From a virus: DNA of 64,000 nt. Of this stretch, positions 38,691 to 47,467 are shown in pieces; positions within the stretch are counted from its first letter, which is position 1, and every line of letters starts with the position of its first letter. Both the position numbers and the translations under genes were made by a program. A model generated the notes under the pieces. That model worked only from the letters and a program-made list of their open reading frames with translations, searched no databases and had not been told where the DNA came from. The stretch covers positions 1 through 64,000 of IMG/VR virus record IMGVR_UViG_3300036770_008700, one strand, 5' to 3'.

Positions 38691-39716
38691 TTACTCAATA
38701 CTGTTTGTGGGCAAAGTTGTAGAAACATTTTCTTTCTCTTCCTGATCTAATAAAATCCAACCCTTATAAGCCTTTCTTTTACCTTTAATCAAATCATGCA
38801 TTGATGATTGAGACAAACCATGTTCTTTGCAGAATTGGTTTAGGTTTGAAATAGGTCCAAAAACTTTATTTGTTGGGGATTGAATTCTCACATCATATGT
38901 ATTGCTTATTTTTGAGATTCTGTCAGTTTTTATTGAATCTTTTGTGATATGCTTATTTTCCAAAAGTCTCCAACCTTGGCAAATTTTAGCATAGCCATTA
39001 ATCATTGATCTAAAGTTTTTATCATTGATTCCATGCTCTCTGCAAAATGCTCTAAGATTAGTGATAGGACCATACTCTTTATTATTCGGGCACACAACCC
39101 GCACATCGTATACTTTTTGTAATTTTTGAGCTAGTAAATCTTTTGCTGGAATGTATGGAATGTCTTTATTTATTGCTAATCTCCAACCTTTACAAGTTTT
39201 TACTTTACCCTTTCTTAACTGCAAAAGATGCGAATAAAATATGTTGTTTTCTATGCAAAATTTACGTAAGTTAACCACCGACACAAATTTACCATTTGGA
39301 TCAATCAAATCTACTGATAGTTTTTTCTTGGAATTCGACAACTTTTGTTTAGTTTGCTCTGAGAGTTTTAAACCCAAATTAGAATAAGCAGTTGGATTAA
39401 TATTGTAACATTCATTTTGATTGTCATAATATTGATCAAGCCAATATTGCTCTCTCTGAACGATGTTGTCAACAGTGCAATGTTCTAAAACACGCATCTC
39501 AAAACTATCAAAATACTTCAAGTATTCTTTTTGCAGGTAAGGGCTTGCTCGTCCTTTTCTTAAATTTGTATTATGCACCCCAAGTCTTTTGGTAATCGAC
39601 AAACAACTTCCTATGTAAATTTTATTGTTTCTGACATTGCGTATTTGGTATATGGCTGGTGTTTTTGGAGTGTATTCACCATTCAATATAATTGGCCCTA
39701 GTAATCTTCTTGTCAT
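38691..39716 (-). CDS. GIY-YIG homing endonuclease with three C-terminal DNA-binding repeats
   Basis: AIYQIRN...KIYIGS...R...REQYW...YN; three NLxxFCxE...GW repeats. Confidence 0.9.
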   Translation of the reverse strand: MTRRLLGPIILNGEYTPKTPAIYQIRNVRNNKIYIGSCLSITKRLGVHNTNLRKGRASPYLQKEYLKYFDSFEMRVLEHCTVDNIVQREQYWLDQYYDNQNECYNINPTAYSNLGLKLSEQTKQKLSNSKKKLSVDLIDPNGKFVSVVNLRKFCIENNIFYSHLLQLRKGKVKTCKGWRLAINKDIPYIPAKDLLAQKLQKVYDVRVVCPNNKEYGPITNLRAFCREHGINDKNFRSMINGYAKICQGWRLLENKHITKDSIKTDRISKISNTYDVRIQSPTNKVFGPISNLNQFCKEHGLSQSSMHDLIKGKRKAYKGWILLDQEEKENVSTTLPTNSIE

Positions 39717-39738
39717 GCGAGATAAGTAGTTATACCAT

Positions 39739-40299
39739 TTATTTTATCCCGTCAAGTCTCTTTCCTCCAACGACAACCACCCATGCATCACAAGCATCTT
39801 TCATTTCCGAGTTAAAAACTTCTTGATTGGCACTTTTACCTGTTTTTGCCACATGTTTTTTCCAAGGAAATTCTGGATGTAGTGCTGTGATAAAATCAAA
39901 CACTTTCTCTTTAACGGGACGTTTATCGGCTTTGTTATTCTTAAACCCTACAGCTTTTCTAGCAGAAGTTACGTTAACATCAACAACTTCTGCATTAAAA
40001 GCTTTATGGGAAAGATAGGAAATGATTCCATTAAATTTTGATAAGACTGCAAGTGTATCTGCGCTGCTAAAACCCTTACTAAACATCTTAGCATTAGCTT
40101 CAACATAGATACGTTCTACTTTTTTATCACCAACTAGTTTCTTTATCTCTTCAATACCTCTATCTGCTTTGTCCCACATAGTATGTAGTGTGCTGGAAGT
40201 CAATTTTACAGCATCAAATACAACAACTTGTTCATTTTCATCAACCAAACAAACTCCAGTGCAACTCGTGCTGATATCAAGTCCTAAGAAATATTTCAT
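39739..40299 (-). CDS. ruvC: RuvC-like Holliday junction resolvase
   Basis: LGLDISTSCTG, IYVE, ARKAVG, KEKV, DACDA; start ATG 40299. Confidence 0.85.
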   Translation of the reverse strand: MKYFLGLDISTSCTGVCLVDENEQVVVFDAVKLTSSTLHTMWDKADRGIEEIKKLVGDKKVERIYVEANAKMFSKGFSSADTLAVLSKFNGIISYLSHKAFNAEVVDVNVTSARKAVGFKNNKADKRPVKEKVFDFITALHPEFPWKKHVAKTGKSANQEVFNSEMKDACDAWVVVVGGKRLDGIK

Positions 40300-40325
40300 A
40301 TTGATTCCTTTAACATCCCAAACAA

Positions 40326-40841
40326 TCATTCGTCATAAACCTCGCAACCATAAAGACGCCTAATCTTGTCAACTGATTGCTTTGGAATCTTGCACGTATA
40401 ACTTACTTGATAGCAATCTTTGTTTGAAGCAGCTAAAACTACATGGTCTTTCCATGTTGGCTTCATGTTAAGAAACTCAACACCTAGTTGCTGTTGAAAC
40501 AACTCAACAACAGCATTTACCCAGCCCCAGCCGGTTTTAAATGCCATTTGCTTGCCTCGTGGAATATTAATGTTTAGTCGTTGTGTTTTGTAACCAGCAA
40601 TGGTTTCATTCGACCATACAGCTTCATTCAAAGCAATCCAATCATTATTCGAGGTACGTGAGTATGCAGCCGCAAAATCCTTGAGACGACGACCTACTTG
40701 AACATAACATTGTTCTGGCAAAGCATCTACTAATGCTTTTCTTTGCTCGGTCATTGCTTGCTCAAGTGTTGAGTAAAAGTTAACTGTAGTGATTGCTTTG
40801 TCTTTATTGCCAACAAGCATGTAATACGATTTTTGAATCAT
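40326..40841 (-). CDS. hypothetical protein
   Basis: AGGAG RBS; 171 aa. Confidence 0.65.
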   Translation of the reverse strand: MIQKSYYMLVGNKDKAITTVNFYSTLEQAMTEQRKALVDALPEQCYVQVGRRLKDFAAAYSRTSNNDWIALNEAVWSNETIAGYKTQRLNINIPRGKQMAFKTGWGWVNAVVELFQQQLGVEFLNMKPTWKDHVVLAASNKDCYQVSYTCKIPKQSVDKIRRLYGCEVYDE

Positions 40842-40882
40842 AATGGTGACTCCTTACGCTAAGTTATCACACACGTTTTTCT

Positions 40883-41185
40883 TTATAAACCAATATCAAA
40901 ACATTCATTATCACACCAATCATCAGGAACAAAAATCCATCCAAGCTGTCCATTGTTTGAAAGAACTTTTAAACAATTTCTATCTCGCTCAATCAAACAG
41001 AATATACTCTTTGGTTCAAGATAAGAAACGTTGCAGTTTAAATGAAATGAATAATATTTGGCTGCATCGCTGGTGTCTCGAAGACTACATCGTCGAATAG
41101 CAATGCTGCTGTGTAGGATACTATCTTTTGAAGGATACAACAACCAAAAGTATTCCTTGATTTGATAAAGCTTTCCAACATTCAT
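40883..41185 (-). CDS. GKLY-family tandem copy 4 (variable loop)
   Basis: MNVGKLYQIKEYFWLLYPSKD...YYS...KVLSNNGQLGWI. Confidence 0.85.
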   Translation of the reverse strand: MNVGKLYQIKEYFWLLYPSKDSILHSSIAIRRCSLRDTSDAAKYYSFHLNCNVSYLEPKSIFCLIERDRNCLKVLSNNGQLGWIFVPDDWCDNECFDIGL

Positions 41186-41475
41186 TGGTTTACTTCCTCA
41201 ATATAGTTCTTGTCCTTGTAAAAATCAGAAAGATAAATCCAACCAAGCTCACCATTAGTTGAAAGGATTTTACAGAACTTACCATCTTGCTCCAAAAAAC
41301 AGAAAATGCTTTTTGGAGAAATATATGAAACGTTGCAGTTATATTCCTTGCTATAATAAGCGGCGGCGGAGGCGGTGGTGTCGAGGGAGGCGAAGAGGAA
41401 GGCGTCAGCAATATCCTTTGAAGGATAAAGTAACCAAAAATACTTCTTGACTTGATAAAGCTTTCCGATGTTCAT
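41182..41475 (-). CDS. GKLY-family tandem copy 3 (15 consecutive NNC codons)
   Basis: MNIGKLYQVKKYFWLLYPSKD...YYS...KILSTNGELGWI. Confidence 0.85.
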   Translation of the reverse strand: MNIGKLYQVKKYFWLLYPSKDIADAFLFASLDTTASAAAYYSKEYNCNVSYISPKSIFCFLEQDGKFCKILSTNGELGWIYLSDFYKDKNYIEEVNQ

Positions 41476-41768
41476 TGATTTACTTCCTCAATATCGGCTT
41501 TGCACCAATCAGCAAGATTAATCCAACCAAGTTCTCCATTAGTTGAAAGAATCTTGCAACAATACCCATCTTGTTCCAAGAGCATAAAAATGCTGTTTGG
41601 AAAAATATATGAAACGTTGCAGTTGAAACGCTTGCTATAATAATCAGCGCCCTCTACGGCTTCGGTGAAGGAGGCTCCAGCAACAGCGGGGTAGGTGGCG
41701 ACTTCATCCTTTGAAGGAAAAAGAAACCAAAAGTATTTCTTGGCTTGATAAAGCTTTCCAACATTCAT
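41472..41768 (-). CDS. GKLY-family tandem copy 2 (variable loop)
   Basis: Same frame as copies 1, 3 and 4; different loop. Confidence 0.85.
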   Translation of the reverse strand: MNVGKLYQAKKYFWFLFPSKDEVATYPAVAGASFTEAVEGADYYSKRFNCNVSYIFPNSIFMLLEQDGYCCKILSTNGELGWINLADWCKADIEEVNQ

Positions 41769-42061
41769 TGATTTACTTCCTCAATGCAACCCTTTGCCCA
41801 ATCTTTATTTTTTGGATAAATGATCCAACCAAGTTCTCCGTTGGTTGAAAGAATCTTGCAAAATCGTCCATCTTGTTCCAAAAAACAGAAAATGCTTTTT
41901 GGAGAAATGTATGAAATATTGCATTTGAAATACGTGCTCCAATAATCAGCAACAGCGGCGGTGGCGGCGGCGGCCAGATCGTCTTCGGCGGCAGCAATCT
42001 CCTTTGAAGGAAAAAGGAGCCAAAAATACTCCTTGACTTGATAAAGCTTTCCAACATTCAT
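41765..42061 (-). CDS. GKLY-family tandem copy 1 (variable loop)
   Basis: ATG 42061 follows a TG-TATACT leaderless promoter. Confidence 0.85.
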   Translation of the reverse strand: MNVGKLYQVKEYFWLLFPSKEIAAAEDDLAAAATAAVADYWSTYFKCNISYISPKSIFCFLEQDGRFCKILSTNGELGWIIYPKNKDWAKGCIEEVNQ

Positions 42062-42098
42062 GAATCCAGTATACCACATGGAAAAATGAATATAACGG

Positions 42099-42530
42099 TT
42101 ATTTTTTCGCTTCTAAAAGCTTTGTAAATCCTTCAATAACAGCGTCACTCCAAAATTGATACTCATAATCCTCTAACTTATTCTCTTTTAACCACTTCCT
42201 CGTTGCCGTAGCCTTGGCAATAACTTTTCTGTCAGTCAACTTGTCGGCACGCTTGACTTCCACAATAACCTTTTTACCGGTTTTATACAGAACCAAGAAG
42301 TCAGGAGTATAGTTTCTATACCTGCCAGCTATTGCATACCGGATAATAATGCTCTCATATTCGTAAGAAAGCACATCTGGATTCTGATCTAGATAGAGTG
42401 CAACCGTGTATTCCCAACCTGATCTATATTTTATTGGTGTTGGACATTTAGGAGAATAATGTGTCCCAGTTATGTAATGCTTTTTACGCTTGCGTCGCTT
42501 TTTTACAGTTTTCTTTTTATCAGTTTCCAC
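42099..42530 (-). CDS. TnsA-N / T4 gp4-like head-completion endonuclease
   Basis: YRSGWE...YEYE...YTPDFLV...VEVK. Confidence 0.75.
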   Translation of the reverse strand: METDKKKTVKKRRKRKKHYITGTHYSPKCPTPIKYRSGWEYTVALYLDQNPDVLSYEYESIIIRYAIAGRYRNYTPDFLVLYKTGKKVIVEVKRADKLTDRKVIAKATATRKWLKENKLEDYEYQFWSDAVIEGFTKLLEAKK

Positions 42531-43918
42531 AATACCTTTTCCATTACCAATGCTTGAGTCATTTCTTGTAACCCAGATAAACGCTGAAAAGCAGAACGAC
42601 GAACAAAGTTGTCTGAATCTTTTGCCAGTTTCTCTAAAATATCCCGAGGAACTTTGGGATTGTCTGCAACAGCTTCCCGTGTTAAAGGGTCTGTAGAATC
42701 ATCAGCAAGATACCTTAAAACTTCCTGTGGTGTGTTTCGATTTCCTGCAACCGCTATTCGAACCACCGGTTGCTTCGCTAACTCAGCTAAAACATCGCCT
42801 GGAGTGTCTTCATTTCGTGCAACAGCAGATCGTACAGTCTCTGCTGGGTCTTTTGAAAAAGTTGTTAAAACCTCTGGTGTAACGTTTAAATGGTTAACCG
42901 CCAGAATACGAATAGTTGTATTCTCAAGGTCGTCTAACTTTGCTAGACTTGCCAAAACTTTTGGCGTTGCTGAGTTGTTGTTTACAACAGCCATTCGAAC
43001 ATTAAAATCTCTATCGTTAGCAAGAGCCACTAATAAATCTTCTGGAGATTTCTTATTCTTTGCCAGAAGCACACGAACACTATCTGTGTCAAATAAAAGC
43101 GACTTCAAAACTTCTGGTGGAGCGTTTTCATTCCCTGCAACAACTTTTCTAATCTTCCAATCAGAATCCTGTGCAAGACTCGCTAACAACTTCGGTGAAG
43201 AAGTTTTTGCAAGCGTAATCTTCCTTTGATAATCTCTTTCCTCTGTGTCAAATAATTGATCAACATCTTTTATGTTGCTACTTTTAAGTTCAATCACTTT
43301 TACTAAATCAAGCTTGCTTGTATCAAAAAATACTGCTTGACAAGGCTCTGAATCATGAATAATAGAAAGGCAATCGTCGTTAACTCCATCATAGCCAAGC
43401 TTCTTGAAAAGAATTGACCATTTACCTGTTGCGCCGCCACCTCTTGCCACTGAATCATCATCAGTTTTTTTGTCAGAACCACTCAAAAGTCTTGTAACAT
43501 TCCAGATTTTTCCAGCAGGAGTTTTTCTTTTAGCTTTTGAAGCTGCTTTCTCAATCACTTCTAACGAGTTGCCCATGTCAACAAGCTTGGCAATGTCTGC
43601 TTTGTAGTCACTCTCACTATACTTCTTAATCTCTAGAATATTAGCTTCTGGTTTAGGCTTAAAGATAATAGCATAAGGTCTATCAATCGCAAAACTTTCC
43701 ATCTTATCTCTATCTAAAGGATATGCGTAAAATCCAATAGGAGTGTTGTACTTGTTAACAATGTATAACCCTATTCTTGGAACATTAGAAAAGTGAATGA
43801 AATATCCACCTTGTTCCTCGTATTTAACAAGCTCTTCTTGCCAACGAGGAAAATTTTCTCCTATCTCTTCTTTGTATCTGGTTATTTCGGATAAACGAAT
43901 GGTTTTTCTCTTGGTCAT
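42503..43918 (-). CDS. ART-like N-terminal domain plus LRV/HEAT-like repeats
   Basis: N-terminal ~200 aa nearly identical to 7425..8762; VRxxVAxNxNTPxEVL repeats. Confidence 0.65.
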   Translation of the reverse strand: MTKRKTIRLSEITRYKEEIGENFPRWQEELVKYEEQGGYFIHFSNVPRIGLYIVNKYNTPIGFYAYPLDRDKMESFAIDRPYAIIFKPKPEANILEIKKYSESDYKADIAKLVDMGNSLEVIEKAASKAKRKTPAGKIWNVTRLLSGSDKKTDDDSVARGGGATGKWSILFKKLGYDGVNDDCLSIIHDSEPCQAVFFDTSKLDLVKVIELKSSNIKDVDQLFDTEERDYQRKITLAKTSSPKLLASLAQDSDWKIRKVVAGNENAPPEVLKSLLFDTDSVRVLLAKNKKSPEDLLVALANDRDFNVRMAVVNNNSATPKVLASLAKLDDLENTTIRILAVNHLNVTPEVLTTFSKDPAETVRSAVARNEDTPGDVLAELAKQPVVRIAVAGNRNTPQEVLRYLADDSTDPLTREAVADNPKVPRDILEKLAKDSDNFVRRSAFQRLSGLQEMTQALVMEKVLWKLIKRKL

Positions 43919-44015
43919 ACATCATATATATTCTTGGATGTGGAAGATAACCAAGAGGAGAGAGGGAGGGGGAGAGAGAGGATGATTAAGAGTGTGTATG
44001 GGTGATGATAAGTAG

Positions 44016-44999
44016 TTACAGTATATTCATCTCTTCTAACGTTTGTTTTGTTAGCAGTTTATAAGCATCGATCCCATTTGCTCGACAATACTCTTCGGCT
44101 GCTAACTGCTTTTGCTTAACTTTTTCAGATTCTGAATAAGCTGCTGGCTTGATTTCCCAAAGTTCTTTCCGTCCATCGGTATATTCAATCAGAAAATCTG
44201 GAATATATCGTCGAGCATGTTCTCTGTTTCCTTCGTTTAGTTTGTAGCAGATCACGAACGGTTCATATGTAAACGTTCTAACTGTCAGTTCTTTATCCAA
44301 CCATTCAACTACTGCTTTTTCCCAAGATGACCGATAAAAGACTTCGTTGCCCAATTTTTCAGAAAAAACGTGTCCATTTTTGTGGAAGTTTTTCCCATAG
44401 GCTTGACGCTTTCCTGCAACCATTTCTGAAGAAACAATCTCTGACATTTTTTGTCTAGTCTCTAGTGAATGGTTTTTGCCGTACATCGGATTTCTCTCTC
44501 CACTGAAACAAGCTGTATCTTTATGATGTTTTGAGATTTTTTCTTTTGCTTCCTTTGTATGATGTTTACCAAACATAGGATGTTTCGTTTTGTCTTTCAG
44601 TCTCTCAGTCATAGAAGCACTAAGTTTTCCTTTTACTTCATCGTCCATTCGTGCATTATTAGGAATCAAACCTTCTCTAATCGCCGCACCACGACAAGGT
44701 TTGCTACAAAAATGATGTACGAACTTAGCGATCTGATTTTTCCATTGCAAAACCAACTTTTTGCAATAAAAACATTCAATTTCTGCTTTTCTGGGAGAGG
44801 GCTTATAACTTTTTTCCATAACTCTTCGATGTGCATATGCACATTCAAGTTTACAATAATGATTTTTGTTCTTTAGTTGCTTGTATTCCAGCTTTTTTGG
44901 AGTAAAAACAGTGTGGCAAAAATCACACTCGAAAACAACAATTCGTCGCTTTTGTTTTGGTTTACCAACAACGGCTTCCATCTTGTCTTCTATTATCAT
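44016..44999 (-). CDS. homing-type endonuclease: Zn ribbons, NUMOD3 motifs, TnsA-like PD-(D/E)XK domain
   Basis: HPMFGKHHT, NPMYGKNHS; YRSSWE...YIPDFLI...WEIKP. Confidence 0.8.
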   Translation of the reverse strand: MIIEDKMEAVVGKPKQKRRIVVFECDFCHTVFTPKKLEYKQLKNKNHYCKLECAYAHRRVMEKSYKPSPRKAEIECFYCKKLVLQWKNQIAKFVHHFCSKPCRGAAIREGLIPNNARMDDEVKGKLSASMTERLKDKTKHPMFGKHHTKEAKEKISKHHKDTACFSGERNPMYGKNHSLETRQKMSEIVSSEMVAGKRQAYGKNFHKNGHVFSEKLGNEVFYRSSWEKAVVEWLDKELTVRTFTYEPFVICYKLNEGNREHARRYIPDFLIEYTDGRKELWEIKPAAYSESEKVKQKQLAAEEYCRANGIDAYKLLTKQTLEEMNIL

Positions 45000-45046
45000 A
45001 TCTCACCTCTATTGTAGTATAGGTGATGATAAATAGTGGGTATAGG

Positions 45047-47467
45047 TCAAAAGTCTATTTTTATCGTGAACTTAAGCTTATCGCCACTGCGCTTCAAAAC
45101 CGGTTGAGCCATTTTTGTTTTTGCCACTATGTTCAAGTTTTCATCGTGAAGATATAAGTCAGTGATATACACATAACGCTTATCAAAATCACTAGCAAAA
45201 TCTGTTGCTTCCAAGTCACGATTCCAGCTTGGGTTACTAGAACTCACAAGCTCTAAAGGATTAGCATAAAGGTCAGCTTTCATAACATGAATGTTGCGCT
45301 CACCTTGAAACGTGCATTCGAATCCGTTTTCACCAAACCAATAAAGACTTGGATTTTTGATTAACACAAGGCCATTGTCATAAAAGATGTTGCCAACAGA
45401 GTTATATTGAGCTTGTGATCCAGAGCAATCTGCTCTGTAAAGACTTCCAAAGCCATCATCCTTTAGTGTTATACCAACTTTACCATAACTGTTTGATACG
45501 TTGTTATCGGTTATTATAAACGTACCGGGAGCTATTTTGTTGCCATAAAACAAGTTGGATATATCGAATATGACAACTTGCAAGCTACCGTTTTCTTGTG
45601 TTCGCTGGAGGATGGTTGGTGTGCGTTGTGGATTAAGTGTTCCTAGTGAGCTTGTTACATCAAAACCAGACAACGCTGCAATAATGCTTTTTGGATTAAG
45701 GTCTGTGTTAAGAGTTGCACTACCGCTTACTGGTGGAACTAAATCGTATATAGAATCCAGAGAATACATGTTTTTTAACGTAACCAAGTTATAAGCTTCT
45801 TGGCCTTTGTCGGTAACAAAGGAGCTTGCGCTTAGGTTACTTAGCAGTTCATAATAGTTTGGTGTGAACTTACCATTATCGTTTGGCAGAACAGTTAAAC
45901 TGTTTCTGCGTACAGAGCCAGTGTTGTAAAGAAACTGGTTTGAGGTTAGTTGTTCTGTGTTACCAACAAGAGCACTGCCGGTTAAGTTGATTAGTCTTGG
46001 ATAATTTCCTGTTGCAAAGTCTCTTGTATAGTTTTCTAGATTGATATAATGTCCACCAGTATCAAAACTCATGTCAACATTAAATGGATGTTCTGTTGTT
46101 CCATTTACACATTGGAATGGGTGAACTAATACACCACCAAGTCCAGCAACCGTGTCAACGCTTCTATAAGGCGATTCTTTTGTGAACATTGGTGGAAGAT
46201 AGAACAATAGATTTGGATCGCCTAATGGGGCTCCTGATAGGCTTCTTGAGGCTATCTCATTTTGACCAAGATACTTGTTATAGATTTTCAGTTCATGCAC
46301 TTCTGCATTAAGAGGATGTGCTAACGTGTATGAAGTTGGTTCATCTTGTGTGGGACTTGTTATGAACGCTGAACCAGTGACAGGTATACCAAATCTTGTT
46401 TGTGCTCTATTGGAGAAAAAGTAGGCTGCTGGACCGTTTTCTGGGCATTCCAAAAAGTTTCCAACAGTTAAAATGCATGGATTTAAAACCAGCGTTTCTT
46501 CTTTGGGAGCAATGCTTGCAGAAGGAATATAGAATGTTCCTTGTTCAACTCCATCAATCATGAAAGAGCCGCTACCAAAGTTATAACTGTTTGTGCCCCA
46601 ACGAACGGTTACATGTTGCCAAGTGTTTCTTGACAAACAGTTGTCGTTCGAAACAAAGTTTAAACCTGTTGTGCTTGCTGGATTGATTGCGGACGGTAAT
46701 GTTTTTGCTGAACTACTAAGTTGCAACAATAACCTATAACCGTCTGTTAGACCATTTGAATCTCTACTTGAGCCAGAGATAAGAGATAACGCATATGCTC
46801 CAGAAAGATGAAAAATTGTTCCTGCTTTAAATTCACTTGTTTGTGAGTCTATTGTATACTTTGGATTTATCCAAAAATCGAAAGAGAATGCACCAGAAGG
46901 AATATAGCTTGAAGAAACAATGGTTCCAGCACCATTCAAAGAAGCAGTAGTGGGATATAGCAAAGCAGAGTTAGATGGAAGACCACTGGCTGTAAAGAAG
47001 TTTAATGAATTATAGTTGGTAAATGCGAAGTTATAGTTTGTACCGAACAAGCTATAGTAAGGCATGAGCACGTTGGTTGTAACAAACTTACGTGTCATGT
47101 TTAGGTCAAGGTTCACACCAGGAGTAAATCTTACAACTTCTTGTTTTTGTGTGTTTCTTGGGTTGGTTGGTTGGTTTTTAACAACCGACAAATATTCGCT
47201 TATTCTTTGGTTTAACTGCGCTGGTGTTTTTGATTGTTTAGCAAACGCAAGAACATCATCTATATCATTGATTTGTTGGAATGAGCCTGTTGGAGCACCA
47301 GATACAACCGACCAATTCACATAATAGTCTTTCATTGCATTTGAGCGGCGAGGATAAACGTATGCTGCTCCAGTTACACCTGTGCTACTTGACACAAAGG
47401 TTGTGCTTGGTACAGTTTGTATTGAGAAGAACTCAATATCACCGGGCTCGAAACGTTGGATAGACAT
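45047..47467 (-). CDS. virion structural protein (baseplate/tail-like) with LamG-like domain
   Basis: FSFDFWINP...WQHVTVRW...ELKIYN; C-terminal YITxxxLHDENLNIVAKxKxAQPVLK shared with 48803..50041. Confidence 0.65.
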   Translation of the reverse strand: MSIQRFEPGDIEFFSIQTVPSTTFVSSSTGVTGAAYVYPRRSNAMKDYYVNWSVVSGAPTGSFQQINDIDDVLAFAKQSKTPAQLNQRISEYLSVVKNQPTNPRNTQKQEVVRFTPGVNLDLNMTRKFVTTNVLMPYYSLFGTNYNFAFTNYNSLNFFTASGLPSNSALLYPTTASLNGAGTIVSSSYIPSGAFSFDFWINPKYTIDSQTSEFKAGTIFHLSGAYALSLISGSSRDSNGLTDGYRLLLQLSSSAKTLPSAINPASTTGLNFVSNDNCLSRNTWQHVTVRWGTNSYNFGSGSFMIDGVEQGTFYIPSASIAPKEETLVLNPCILTVGNFLECPENGPAAYFFSNRAQTRFGIPVTGSAFITSPTQDEPTSYTLAHPLNAEVHELKIYNKYLGQNEIASRSLSGAPLGDPNLLFYLPPMFTKESPYRSVDTVAGLGGVLVHPFQCVNGTTEHPFNVDMSFDTGGHYINLENYTRDFATGNYPRLINLTGSALVGNTEQLTSNQFLYNTGSVRRNSLTVLPNDNGKFTPNYYELLSNLSASSFVTDKGQEAYNLVTLKNMYSLDSIYDLVPPVSGSATLNTDLNPKSIIAALSGFDVTSSLGTLNPQRTPTILQRTQENGSLQVVIFDISNLFYGNKIAPGTFIITDNNVSNSYGKVGITLKDDGFGSLYRADCSGSQAQYNSVGNIFYDNGLVLIKNPSLYWFGENGFECTFQGERNIHVMKADLYANPLELVSSSNPSWNRDLEATDFASDFDKRYVYITDLYLHDENLNIVAKTKMAQPVLKRSGDKLKFTIKIDF

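Noticed and set aside
8177-43229. Antisense ORFs 8177..8746 and 42609..43229
   Set aside because: Shadows of the LRV repeat regions.
42099-44999. Tn7-like transposon suggested by TnsA-like domains
   Set aside because: No TnsB/TnsC or terminal repeats; such domains are common stand-alone phage nucleases.
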